Shown in pieces: positions 12,962 to 26,281 of a stretch of DNA of 64,000 nt. The DNA is from Polymyxa betae A26-41 (lineage: Eukaryota > Protista > Endomyxa: Phytomyxea): contig RBZT01000672.1 in NCBI GenBank assembly GCA_003693705.1, positions 62,001 through 126,000 on the forward strand, written 5' to 3'. Numbering within the stretch: position 1 is the stretch's first letter; each line of letters begins with the position of its first letter. The position numbers and the translations under genes were made by a program. The notes under the pieces are model-generated. The model worked only from the letters and a program-made list of their open reading frames with translations. It did no database searches and was not told the DNA's origin.

Positions 12962-14912
12962 ATGGAGGCCTATGCAGCAGCTGTATGGATCATGCGACCC
13001 CATGACCCCAATCTGACCCCAATTCTATTATAGATGGAGGCCAGTTTCGTCTATGATCCGCCATCAGCACGTCCGCCTTCCATCATGTCTCCATTTCAGC
13101 CGATTAACGCCCAGGTTCGTGGTTGCCGTTGTCGCCGGCCGTCGTCTGATCGGTTGCAGTACGGGAATATGATGCCAGCGCCGGCCGATCTGGCCGCCGT
13201 CCCCGTCATGACGCTCCCCAAGGAGCCGTCTGCTCTGCAATGCCGGCTGCTTCGTCCGCAGCTCCCTCCTGATGATAATGATGATCTTAGTCCATGTCCA
13301 TTCTGTCAAGGAGCAATGCCAACTGCTACATTAACTGAGACCACCTTTAGATGTAATGTTACAGGGTTCCTTAAGAACCTTCGTGATAAGCCCCATAACA
13401 TTTGTATATCGTTGATTGATACGGGACTCGATCTTCGTATTCCATTCAAGGTCTATGCTCAGTCTACCATCAAACGAGGGAGATCGTCGCTACGACGACA
13501 TTGCCTGACGTTCGTGATCGCGCCCCAGATCGTCGCCCATCTCTACTGTCGGAGGCCACTGACCGCGCGCGGCTCCATCAAATGGAACGAAGGCGCCGAT
13601 CCGTTCGTCGCCCTCGAAGACGAAATGACGTACACATTGCGGGTCCTGGGCCAGCCCAGGCCGCCACCTCTACCTCGGGTCGTACTGGGCCTGGATGCTG
13701 CCGCCTCCAACCTGTTGCAGGAATGCGTCGCGTTATCGGATATGGATGACGACCCATCATCGGGTGATACGTCAGGTCGGGCTGGATCGCCCACGAAGAC
13801 GCCCAAAGCGATCGATGTTGACGGGTGGTGTCTGCACCCGGATCTGGCAATGAAAAGCATCGGTGTTCGAGGTTCGAGGGTTTTGGCGACGGGGTTTCAG
13901 CGTGCTGATTGAGGGTTTTAGGGTTTCGTATAGCGTCGTACTCGTTCCAGATGTTGATGATGAATGCGGCCTCGAAGAACCTACGCCAGCGCGCCTGCTG
14001 CTTCGAGATCGTGTTTCACAGAAAGGGAGACACCGCCATCGACTATGATGATGCCGTCGTGCAGGACGAGCGCCCACGACGCCTGAAATGGAAGGTGTAC
14101 GCGGACTCGACCATGAAGCGCGGCAAGAAATCCATGCGACGCAACGATTTCGGTGAGTGCGATCTGGTGCCCGTCACTACATCGATCCGCTGAGCCTTGA
14201 TCTCGTGGCCAGTATTCCCCATCGACAAGAGCCGATACGTTGTCGTCTTCTGCAAGTCGCCGGCATCGGCTTCGGAACGTCTCGCTCTGAAATGGACCGA
14301 AGAGAAGCAGGAGCAGTTTCTGGCCTTCGAATCGGTATCGTACTGGCCCCCCCGTGGCGGTGATCGGTGCGGCGCTGATGTGGTGTGCAGGGGCTGCAAT
14401 ATTGCATTCAGGTGTTCTCGGCCATACAAACCGATAACGCCACCATATTCAGGTCACGAGCCGGGGATGACGACGATCGCATTCATGACTGGCGGGACGA
14501 TATCAATCCAGATAGCGACTCGGGTCAGCAGATCCGTACGATGACGCCGCCGCAGACGATGGTGCCGTGGACCATGACACCCCGAATCTGGAACATGTCG
14601 CTGAATCCAGGCGCCACATTCTACACGCAAATCACGACGACGACCGGCGAACTGACGGCGGCACCGATCGTTCAGGTGCAGCTGAACCCGGAGACAGTCA
14701 TCGAGGCGAATGTGGTCCAGTTCGACCAGCGCCATCGCCGATCAGTGCTGGTTTCGATGCCGGCGGTGTTCTCGGAGGAGAAGGTGGCACATGCCACATC
14801 AACCGGTGTTAATCTTGTAAGGCAGGTCCAGGTATCGATCCTGGCCGAGCCAGATCGACGTCCCGTATGGCAGACAACGTTCACCTATGAGATCGGCCAC
14901 AATAAATCGTAG
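12962..14912 (+). CDS. Uncharacterised protein with a duplicated motif unit and C-terminal IPT/TIG-like domain (candidate transcription factor)
   Basis: Exons 12962-12982, 13034-13114, 13160-13862, 13934-14152, 14195-14334 and 14391-14912 join in frame. Internal repeat KNLR...KVYA.ST.KRG..S.RR...KW.E...F.A.E...Y...V. Ends with VSMP...VQVSI...FTY. Confidence 0.7.
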
Positions 14913-14965
14913 CCGCAGTCGCGATATTATTATATATATGAAACAATTTTAATCAGCGTCGAATG

Positions 14966-17292
14966 TTATGGTCGGAAGACGCCTCCCGACAGAAGTAGAT
15001 TGCTGGCTGTATACCTGACTGTTGTAATCGGTGTCGACTTCGTATTGAAGACATGGTGTTTGGGCTGGACGTTCGACGCTCGACCCGATGTGTTGGCTGA
15101 TTTAGCTGCAAGCTCAGAATCAGCATAGATATTGATAATTGATAATGTGATGCTACCGGTGGCAACATCCCAGATTCGAACAGATCCATCAAGCGAACCG
15201 GAGGCGATCTGCGACCCATCCACACTCCATTGTAGGGATGTCACTGCAGATGTATGACCATCGAACTGACATACGAACTGGGCCGACCCGAGATCGTAGA
15301 CGCGAACGGCACCGTTCAGATCGCCACCGCATGCGTATCGACCACTACCTGATGATCAATATACGGTTCGTGATCAAGAACAAAGGGATTACTCGGGAGA
15401 GATGGATGCGCTGCGAACTGGGGCCAGATGTCCCCGAAAAATACGACAGCAACTACCGGTCTGGATGCCAAGTTATCAAGGTGGTGGAATCTTCTCGGTG
15501 TTGTGTACCTGGATATCCCAAAACCTCATCGATTTATCTGTGGATCCTGTGAGGACGTAGTTGGAGTTCGGATGGAATGCAACACAGTCGACGTCGGAGA
15601 TATGACCAGCGAAGATCCTCAGAGGAAAGACGCGCTCCGTTGACCAGAGACGTGCTGTTCTGTCGTGTGATCCAGAAACAAAGTAGAAATCTGCCACCGC
15701 CAGTCAGCAACTTTTTTTCAAACAAATTGAAAGGAGCTGAGCACCAAAAAAGACGTAAAATGAGATCAGAGATTACCGAGGGGGCTGAATCTGACATCCC
15801 AGACGGGGTAATTATGGCCAGAATACGTGACAAGAGCCATATGATCAGGAATAGACCATAGACGAACAGTTCCATCTTCTGATGATGATAAACAGTATCT
15901 GGAGTCAGTGCTCATATCGATAGAGAAGACAGGACCACTATGTCCAATGAACTTCTTATAAGGTGGCTCACGATCTCGATCATTCAAGTCCCAGATTCGA
16001 ACGGAGCTATCGGCATAACCCGCTGCCACCAGATCTCCTCCTTCTATAAAACGATTATTATAGGCTGAGAAGATACAGGAATGCCGACCTTGAGCGATAC
16101 GAATACAATTGACGGAATCGGCAGAGTTCAAAAACGTGTAGCAACAGATGGTTGGCTGTGAATCGGCAGCCGGTGGTGCCTTCTGCCTAGCTTGAAGATT
16201 CTAACGGAGATGTGGTCAGTGCGACGTGATAGATGCATCCAAATGAGCGAAACCGCGAGGATTCTGGCCTTTAACTGGGACGTGATGGGAGGCAGCGGAA
16301 TACGACTTGTTACCGTTGGTAGTGAGGCGATGTCTAGCCGGGGCTTCTTCAACGATAGCGAGTTATCTTGCTGATAATGCAAGGTTCATTGACCATAGCT
16401 CCGGTGAAACAGATCGTGCTTACGTCGATAAGCATATCGTTAGGGAGGTCAGCAACAGGTTCAGATTTTATAGATGGAGGTATCGAGGCCTCCTTAACGA
16501 CATTCTGGATCTGATCGAGGGCGCCCCATTCCACCTCCTGATTGTTAACAGAGTCGATCTCGCCCGATGTCATCCCTGTAATCTCTTGATGCATGGACGC
16601 CGTCCCAGATCCTTGCAATGGCTTCGCATGCATAATTGATAGGTTGATATGCTCATTGATGATCTTCAACAACAAATAGAGTTTCGATTCCTGCAGGAAT
16701 GACAGCAGCAGTTGATGCGAATAAGCCGATAGCTACAAATTTAAGCTGGAGCTCTCAATGTAGAAGCAAAACTTACAATGACGTCGACTTTATAGGTTCT
16801 AAACCTTTTCGCTGTCGTATTGCCTTCGATCTGTTCAGGGTAATGCAAACCTTGTAAAGCTTGCATTTCACGCGAATGCCTCGCTTCGAAATCTTTCTTG
16901 AAACGTTCCATAAAAGCGGCAGCATCATAAGGGAATCCCTTCGTAACAAGATCGAGAAATACGTGAATAAATATTGGAAATAAGACAGCGTGTAGCTCAG
17001 TCCTGTACATATCTAATGATCCTTCAATCCAATCCTGTAAGGCTTGAAACGCTTCTGTATAGGCATCTGGGGATTGCTGCTGCTGAATGACGCCATGTAA
17101 GACCTGCTTTAGCATGGTCGCATGGCAATCGATGCTGACGCTATGTGCAAGCTCGTCGAGACCGGCAGACGACAGCGTCTGCCGGAAGACGTCCTCAGCA
17201 CGTGCATATCCCCTGGATCTCAGGTATGACAGGACGAATTTATCGATCAAGTCATCGGTGATAGCAGCAGGGGATGATGTCGCTGCCGACAT
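14966..17292 (-). CDS. TAF5: TFIID subunit TAF5 (multi-exon)
   Basis: LisH-like [13 protein letters not shown]2 block [28 protein letters not shown]40 repeats ([45 protein letters not shown]) and C-terminal TKSTPI...NLLL. Confidence 0.93.
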
Positions 17293-17618
17293 TGGCGATT
17301 GCCTCCAGCTGCCGCTGTTAAGATGATTTCGCAGCACGACGCAGTCAGGGGTTTATAATCGTCACCACAAGATGCGTTATACTCAGTCCTTTTGCAAAAA
17401 ATTTCTTCTCGGTCCCATAACTTGCTTACATGATTGCATAGGGTCGCAAATTAAACTCTGGGTAATATCGTCTGAATGTTTGTGGTTAGGTAAATGTTCC
17501 ACAGAGTTTGGAGATTTCACAAAAAAATCGTCGAAAATCGGTTACTGTACTGTTGCAGTGTTCGTTTGAATCTCACAGGATATCACTGCGATTAGGATTA
17601 TTCAGCTAACCTTTCGCA

Positions 17619-20499
17619 ATGGAAAGCGTCACAACAAGGTCTGCTGACAGCAATCTCTACCACCTCGTTGACTGATGGTTCCAATAGGGTAATTATAGGA
17701 TTGGCTGCTGTCATTGACAAATATGCCAATCAACTATCCAAACTTGCTTCAGAATCAAGCATTGGCCAATCGGCAGATATCATCCCCAACCCGATCAATC
17801 AGTCTATGCAAGCAGCAACGAAAACGATCGCTGAACTGGCAACCTCGTATCAAACTCTCTCGAAAGAAGCGGTTTCTCTAGCCAGGTCTGGTTTCTAAAC
17901 TGCCATCAACCTGATACTGATATGATAGATTAGTAGAGAAAGTGAACCAGAGAGTCTGTTGATAAGCTGGAAGACGTTGTTAGATGACTTAGCACAGAAC
18001 AACTTCAGTGCAATGAACACGTTTCATGACTGTATAGTGGACACTATGAGGTGACCAGATACTGGTATCATGAAGGGACTCTCATTTCCTACAGACAGTT
18101 TCACGGGACCTTCAAACCTGAGGATAGTAGCAGGCTTCAGCAAGAGGCGATTAGATGGGCTCAGGGCAATCGGGCGGCAACCAACAGCACAGGGGCTCTG
18201 ATCAGGGATCTCGCCCAGCTAGAGAATAAGTTCTCGACATGGATTTGGAAGAGCTCCAGCGCATTGGCGGACGAAAATTCTACAGTCAATGGCGTCCTGT
18301 ATAAGTTGTCCATGCAGTTGAGTGAAGGCCATGCATCATTAGGTGCTTGTTTATCAGCGGATTCGCACGAGATGGTCACCATGAATCACGATATCATCCA
18401 GAACGAGACTCAAGCATTAGCTGCACTCAAGTTTGCTGTCGAGTCTAGTTCGGAATCTAGTATCGTTCTGGACATTCTGCAATCGCTTCAGACTCGAAGA
18501 TATCAAAGTATTGAAGGTGCTTACATTCGATTAGCTCAGGTATTCTCAGATTGGTTTATGCATGTGTCATCTCGTAATTTTACACGTAGTCTCGACTAGC
18601 CCTATACTCATCTTTGAGGACAACGCTGAAGGGTGAAAGCGAGACTGTTGAAGACTCTCCAACAACTCCTCCAGAGCCAGTTAAAGAACTCCCAATTCAG
18701 GTACAAATGTGTGCTGTCGTTTGCGGTTTTGGGTTTACTGTTTTAGCCGAATCCAACGTTAGACGACATCCCGCAAGACACTGTTCCTGAACCAGGAATT
18801 ACACTGAATGCTGAAGAGTCTGCAATATCATCATATTCCTGTGCAATTTTGAAGAAAGGGTTTCCTGTGCATGGTCGATTATCTTTGACCAGGTACGTAG
18901 GAGGTTTATGCGATGCTCAGTTCCTAACCCAAAGGCAACAGATCATGTCTAACATTCAGCTCTCCGCTGCTCTCAGGAAATATTTCCATTCCTTTCACAT
19001 CGTTGCTTGATGTGCGGAAAGAGCGGCTGGGAAGGATGCTACCCTATTGCTTGAAACTTACGGAAGCAGAATCTGTAACAACATTTACCAGTTTTATGCA
19101 CTTGGATCAGGTATGCTTCATCATAATGTGGCAACAATTAAATGATTATATTAGGCGATAACTGCCATTGAAGAACTATGGAGAATTCAAAAAGCAATTG
19201 CTGTCGCTGTAATGTCCCCTAAAGAAACGAAATCATTCAGTTTCAAACACGTTGCAAATAATGATTTGAACGAAAAAGAATCAGTATCAGGACTCAGTTC
19301 CAATCTCGTTGTAAATTTGTCTGAGGTCGAACCTGAACTGGAGATCAAGGTTCTTGATCTATTGCCTCAAACACATGTTAAAGCAAGCTTGATGGCGGAA
19401 AACTCAAGCGATTTTACGAACATTCTCTATCTGTCATCGCTTCCAATAGCATGCGATCGCTTGCTTGAACATATTTCAAGCCCGACATGCTGGAAAAGGT
19501 TTCTCGAAAGGGATGGGCATGTAGATATTAATATATCACCATGGGCACAAGGTATCTGTCACGGAATGATCATGTAAAACATCGCAGCTAATTGCTGATA
19601 TCGGCAGATTCTGAATCCAGCTTTCTGCTCCGAACCGTTTGCTCGAAAAGACCTTTGGGAAATGTGTATCTGGCGTTTGGCGTAGATTCTGCGACACTGA
19701 AATCAACGCATCGTCTTGGCAGGATATCAGAATCAATTTTCATTTTTACAATAGAAACGGTACCGAACGCCGTCTAATAAGTCACCGATTGTTCACAATT
19801 GGGATAGGAGTGCACAGGAATCCCGTATTCAGACTGTTTCACAGTCTTTGTGCAGATTGAAATGTCATCAACTAAACGTAAGTTCAACGCCCGATCCAAA
19901 CTGTTTCAACTCATCGCAATAAGAAGAAACGTCGGCGCTGAATATTGGAAGTGAAGCCCGATTTGTTAAAAGAACACTGTTGAAGGGAACCATACAGAAA
20001 AACGTTAGTATGGCATCAGAATAATGAGACGTGCCTTAACAGTCTACTGTCTCAGGTAATTCGTGAATCGCAAGACTCATATAAGTTGTTATACATAATA
20101 CTGAAAGAATCCTTACCCGAGCTTGCAAACGACTCGTCAGCGGCATTGGCAAATTCCCAATCACAACCAATAGTGCCGGCAACACCCAAAAAGAAAACTC
20201 AATATAGAACCCATCGTAATTTGCATGTTAGTGGATGATCTCGGATTATATACACATGCTAAAGTCGACAGGCATTGTCGACTTTGATTATTGCAACTTT
20301 GTTTATCTTCATAAGCTGGTCGTTGATTATCGGTCAAATTAAGGGCGACGAGGAGAAATTGGCGTCAGGAATGAATACCATATTAGGAGAAGTAGTGAAG
20401 TCCATATCCATTTTCTTACAGGTTCTGACAAGCATGTAGATACAAGAAGTCTCACAAAGGCTTGCAATCATCGAGCGCACTCTGAACATAAAGAAATGA
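17619..20499 (+). CDS. GRAM + VASt/StART-like lipid transfer protein (GRAMD1/LAM family) with helical N-terminus and C-terminal TM
   Basis: GRAM-like YSCAILKKGFPVHGRLSLT...ISIPF..LLDVRKE...FTSF. VASt-like RFLERDGH.DI.ISPW and ARFVKRTLLKGTIQKN. TM helix ALSTLIIATLFIFISWSLII followed by coiled coil. Exons only partly resolved. Confidence 0.7.
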
Positions 20500-20551
20500 T
20501 GAATTTTTATAAATGCATAAAGAAGCTTTTAAACACTCAAATCGGCCTGGT

Positions 20552-22406
20552 TTATTCGACTTTGGCCTGTTTCGGAGTTTCACTCCTTTTCGATTTGAGA
20601 AGGATAGAGACACAAACGAAGACATAGCAGGGAATCAGGACAGCCCACATTATCTTAACGTGTCCCGGTGCTGCCCTAGTCTGAAACAGTTCTCTTCCGA
20701 ATTTAATGCTAATCAGCATCTCAGCGACAATGATAAGCGTCAGCACCCAAGCTTGTGAACCTAAACGCTTGCATCTAAAGAAGTGTTAGGGCTTATAGCT
20801 GAGGTAAAAACGGGATACCGGCTGTCGCTCATATATATGTAAATTTGCCTTAGCGAGGGGATTCCAACAAAGAACAACAAGACGATACGATAAATATTGA
20901 GAGGGTGCTCTGAAGGGATCCAGCTGAACATTTCTAAATCAGAGACCACATGGTCAAGTGAAATTTCGCACGTACAGAACTGATTTCAGGAAGAAGGAAT
21001 TCAGGTCTTTGATTTGGAATGCAAGCAAAAGAACCTGGAGAGATATCAAATTGTATGTAATCCACTATATCGAATTTAATACCTGCAGAGTCAGAAATCG
21101 CTTCCAATTACTTGTAAATTCCCATTTAACCGTCATCCAGGAATGAGGTGATAGCTGGAGCAGGAGTCGTTTTGCCTGGAACCAATGAGACATTTTGAAG
21201 TAAGACAACACAGGCAGGATGTCGCACCTTGCCAGCCCTAACATTAGAATTAGAAATGTTAACAAAAAACCAGCAGTAAAGCTTACAATGTTTGAGTCTC
21301 GCGTATGCCGCTCCATTCGTACTTTTGAACCTTTATAACTTCAGTCGGTGTTCAGACAACCTCTCAACAGCGATACCTCCAGGTATCGACAGAGTACATA
21401 TCCTATTTCGATTCCAAGCCCGTTACATATCAGGATGTCAAGAATGACTTGATCCCACCAACATTCGGCGAAATTTGGCAATAGATGTGTAAATGAAATC
21501 TAAACTTCATTAAACTTTTTCGAAACAACCAACAGTTTATACCTCCACAAGCTCCCATGTAATCGAAGAGATCCAACAAACCAATCTAATCAAAAAGATC
21601 TCATTAGAGCCTCTTGATATTACAAAAGCACGGAATGTACCTGTTTCTCATAACCATGGATTTGGCAATCCATCCGAAGAAATGAGCTAACACGAAGCGA
21701 TCAAATATCGCAGCATGAATTGTCCCCCAAGTGAAACGACAATCTGCAGCATAAGGACGTTCTACAGGTTTCACATTCAAGGAGGAATCAAAGAAAGTCA
21801 TTGCCCATCTTTGAGACAGCCGTCAGATTCATTGAACAAGTAGCCGGTCCTATAACCTGGCTGTGTACACATCTTGGAAAAGAAGAAGAACTAGCCCAAA
21901 AAGATACAGAACTGAAACTGCAAAAACCTGATAGAATTACAACTCAGCATGAGAAAACGACGTCGATAGGGATGCATACCGCTCTCCAAAGCGCTGGATG
22001 TGGCCGAGTAAATGGTCCAGACGGAAATACCAGCAACCCCAGGACGACAAAAACGAAAGAAGCTGAGCCAAGACCTCTCATCAATGCACTAGAGAACAAC
22101 CTCAGCAATGATTGCCAAGTCCAGGGCAGGGGTAGCATATTACGTCTGAGGATCGTACTGCTGGGTGTCAAGAGCACTGCTAACAAGGAACAAGACACAG
22201 ATGCCCAAGGCGGTCAGGCTGTGAGGCGTATAGAGCCAATCAATCGTCACGTCGGTAACATATTGCTCATTAGAGTAATCGCGGGCGATACTGTTCGACC
22301 GAGGCAGCGTCCTGATGGGGCCGGTGGCCGGGTCGTCATTCTGGAAAAGCGAGCTTCGTCTGGGAATGGACTTCACAGGTTCCGGGCCAGGGTTGGCTTC
22401 AGCCAT
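20552..22406 (-). CDS. Phosphatidylserine synthase (base-exchange PSS family)
   Basis: [71 protein letters not shown] and [10 protein letters not shown] motifs. Confidence 0.9.
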
Positions 22407-22736
22407 TGCCCTAATGCAGAGGCCGTCTGATATAGGAGGATTCTGCTGTAGAGTTGAGATGGAAGATTGCCGCGAAGCAGCACATGGCCCCATCACCCCA
22501 ATAGCACAGCGCAGTTCCTTCTCTTTTTCTATCACCATTCTTTATCGTTACCGGATTTCAAACTAGAAGAGCCGCTGCCGAGACAAGCTTGGACGAGAGA
22601 CAAGTTTGGGCGAGCCGAAGGCTATTCAGTCAAGCTTGGCGATACGGGTGGAAGGCAATTGGAATCCGGCTATATGGCATGATGCCCGAGAGCGGACTCG
22701 TCGAGTTCGCCTTGGGGTAGGTTTCGAATAGTTTAA

Positions 22737-23691
22737 TCATTGCCATTCAATGCGATGGTAATCGAAGTTCCTTATCAGAACATCCAGTTCGCAGATGATC
22801 GTACCAACAGATATCGTCACGAGTTTACAGCGCTCTTCTTTGGCTGTCTCTAGTAGGACATCGGTTGACGTTAGTGATGGGTTTAGTCCCAGAAAGTAAG
22901 CTGCCGAGCATCAACAAACGAAAGATGCCTTGGTTGTGTCTTACAGGCGATTTCTTCTGCAGGAGTCCCGGTTGGCCTCCAAACGGTGCATTCAAGATGA
23001 TGATGTCCAGGTGAAAAAGGAATCCAACAGACTGAATATCCCTCTGCAAAATGCTCATCACATTTTGCTCTGTATATTAGTTGGAGGTCGGAACATACCA
23101 TGCTGCCATCCGCCATACGAATCGAGCGAGAACAGCTGGAAATAAATTCTGGGCCATCCTTGCATTGCTGATGTAAACCAATGCCCATCTATTGGGTGAT
23201 TCCAGATACAATAACCGTGATTCCCATAATCGACCTACAAACAATCGGCAAATTGATCTGAATAACAATATAAAGACCTGAGTTTGAGCATGAATCCCCT
23301 CGATAGCGCCGACACTTTCCCAACACTGTCCTGCCTCTATTTTGAACGCTGTAAAGGCATTATCTAGGTCGCCTTTGAAGCCTGCAATCTGCCCAATCAC
23401 GTGCAATTCAGGCTCTAATCGGTCGACATTAACAGGTTTGGAGGAGGCTCTTGACAAAGGTTTCTGTGGTGTTAAAATTCTTGCTTCTGACGACCTCCTG
23501 GAACCTGGCTCGCCTCCATCTTTACCACCAATGGCACCATCAACAGCTACAGCACTGTTCCTCCTGGATACTTGGTGGTCTTGGCGATTCCACAATAGAC
23601 CGCTTAATCGAGAACGTAGCGTTGGTCGGGATCTGGTTGGAACATTGGAGATTAAGCGAGATGATTCATTACCGTTATTGTCTGCTGACAT
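22737..23691 (-). CDS. B9D2: B9 domain transition-zone protein B9D2 (MKSR2) with N-terminal extension
   Basis: PELHVIGQIAG, WNHP, GY....P.SPG.H.LEC..WRP.G and last exon ...G.I..ELDVLIRNFD. The start could alternatively be 23742. Confidence 0.82.
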
Positions 23692-24524
23692 CGATTGCAG
23701 CAAAATGTCAACAGTAACTGGCTGTGTCTTAATACGCATCATGATTCATGAGGTCTCTATTCCAATGGCCCTGTCGGCTATCTTTATAGCTCTTATCGAT
23801 AACAAATGTAGAAGCATTCTAAACTATTAGAGTTGCCTGTTTCTCGCAGGGATTTTGTATTCACTAATTAAGGTCGATCTGATACCATTGAAATCTTGAA
23901 TATCTTGTCGGAAAGATGCCTGAATAACAAGGAATCGAGGGCATTGCAGTGCTTCTGCCTAACTTGAGAAAGATAATTCGATTTTCTGATAAAAAATATG
24001 ACCACAAACTAACAACGTTCATAACGATTTTAAGAGCTGTTATGTATTGGGCGTTACAAAGATCAGCTTCAGAGAAGGCAACATAAGCAGAGTCTCTTTC
24101 CTTGGGAGCTTGTTCATCCCGATTGCCGAATACACAATTTCAGGATGAGGAAATATAGTCAATCGGTCGGCTATCATCCAAACTGAATGTTTCGCCCTCC
24201 CAATACCATAACTAACGACTGCGCCTGGAGCATCGACCGAATCGCCACATGTTTATCAGGAAGCCTTTATGAACTCAACAACATCGCATAGATATCGGAT
24301 CATAGAGTTGCACGTGCCTACGTCTGCCGCCGCTGAATCACGGTCGATTACGGTCGCTGTAAGGGCAGCATCACCACCACCTGGTCCAGACCCTCCTCTC
24401 TGGCAGCACAAGTTCGCACTCCGTCACGACGATTTTCTTCTGTTGTCATTCGATTCTAACACCCCGGCCTGCTTGGGTTCGGGTCCCTTGAAACAGTCTA
24501 GTTTCGATTCGCCCAGAGATTGAC

Positions 24525-26017
24525 ATGGCAGCACCACCGTCTGCCACGTTTAAGAACGATGAGCGTCGTGATGAGGTCGGGCCCATTCCGACCTTGCTGT
24601 CAGCGCCGGTCACCACGCTGAGAGAGTTCTCGTTCGTTGTACGAGATTGGCTCTATCAATTGATGACGTACCTGTTCTCACATCGAATAGCCATGGCCGG
24701 GCTTGGTCTCGCTTCTATTGCTTATACTGTTCTCAAAGTTACGGACGGTCCTGGTGTTCAGCAGATCGAACATTGTTTCCAGCAAGGTAAGGAAGCTGTC
24801 CTCAAAACTGTTTTGTCTATTTCTTCGAAAACTTATTTCGGGCGTGGTAATTGATTTTTCATTGCTGAGATTTCTTTCTTTCTTGCACCTAGATTGAGCT
24901 AATGGCTGTTAGCTGCTTGGTGGATAACTCTGGGAATTCTGTCGTCGGTTGGTCTTGGGACTGGATTGCATACGTTCGTTATGTATCTGGGTCCCTATAT
25001 TGCCAAGGTCACCATGGCCGCTGAGGAATGCCGCAATTTCGATTTCGCCACGACCGGCCCAGATGCTTTCGTCTGTCGCAGGGATCCTTCTCTGTCATCA
25101 TCAACGCCAAACATCCTGGAAATCATGCATAAAGTGCAGTTTGGTGAGCGTTGCTCTTCGAACGTTTCGCGATTGCTCACCGAATCCTGTTAGCATGTTT
25201 TCTATGGGGTCTGGGGACCGCTTTGGGGGAGCTGCCTCCGTATTTCATGGCGCGCGCAGCAGCTCGATCCGGTCGTGGTATCATACCGCTCTCTCCGAAA
25301 AGGTTGATCTTGTCTGTTGTTTCGACTGGGTCTAATCTGATCTCAGCCATCATGGAGATTCCAGTGAAGACACGTTCCTAGATTATATGAAGCGAAGACT
25401 GCTGGACGTCTTCCAACGATTCGGGTTCATGGCCATCCTGATCTTTGCTTCAGTCCCAAACCCGCTATTTGATCTGGCTGGTGTCACTTGCGGTAATCAA
25501 TTGCAAATTTCTTGGACCAGTCTCGTTCCAATGCCGTTCTAGGACATTTCGGGGTGCCATTTTGGACATTTTTCGGAGCAACTGCTATTGGAAAAGCAGT
25601 GTTTAAAGTCGGCCTGCAGTCGCTGACTGTCATTTACATGTTCCATGAAGGTCATCTGGAATCTCTACTTTTGATTGTAATCGAACCATGTTGTCTGTTT
25701 TTCCGACCATCATTGAATTGCTGTCAGATGAGCCACATCCTCCCTAAGTTTGTCTGCGAGGCGATTGAGAAATTCTTTGCCGACTCGAAGGCACAGTTCC
25801 ACCGTCTGGACACCGGGTCAACTGCTGGTGGATCTCGAAACCTGGTCGCCGCCGTCTGGCAGCTATTTCTTGTTATTATGTTCTTCTCATTCGTAAGGTA
25901 TGGTGGCCTGATATACCATGCATGGCCTTCCGCATCTAACCTAATGCCAGGTCTATCATCGATGCCTCGGTTCGTGAAAGGATAGAGAGTCGATGCTCGG
26001 ACAAGAAAACCAGCTAA
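24525..26017 (+). CDS. VMP1: Vacuole membrane protein 1
   Basis: [47 protein letters not shown] and [32 protein letters not shown]. Confidence 0.95.
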
Positions 26018-26281
26018 ACGTCTTGTATAATCTATGTAGAGTACATTCTTTCTTTATAGAGATCCGCTTCTGTTCGGTTCTTTTGCCATAGCCTTGATGG
26101 TCTGTATGATGTATGGCCATTAACGACTATGAAGTAGACGATGTGTCACGTGAAAATCCTCCGTACTGTCGTATCTGTGAGCCTTACAGAAGCTGTCTCA
26201 CAGCCTTATACAGGAGGGGGTCACCTGGTCCTGGACTGATTCACATCACATTCTCACCCCAAAATTGATGTTGACTTCGTC

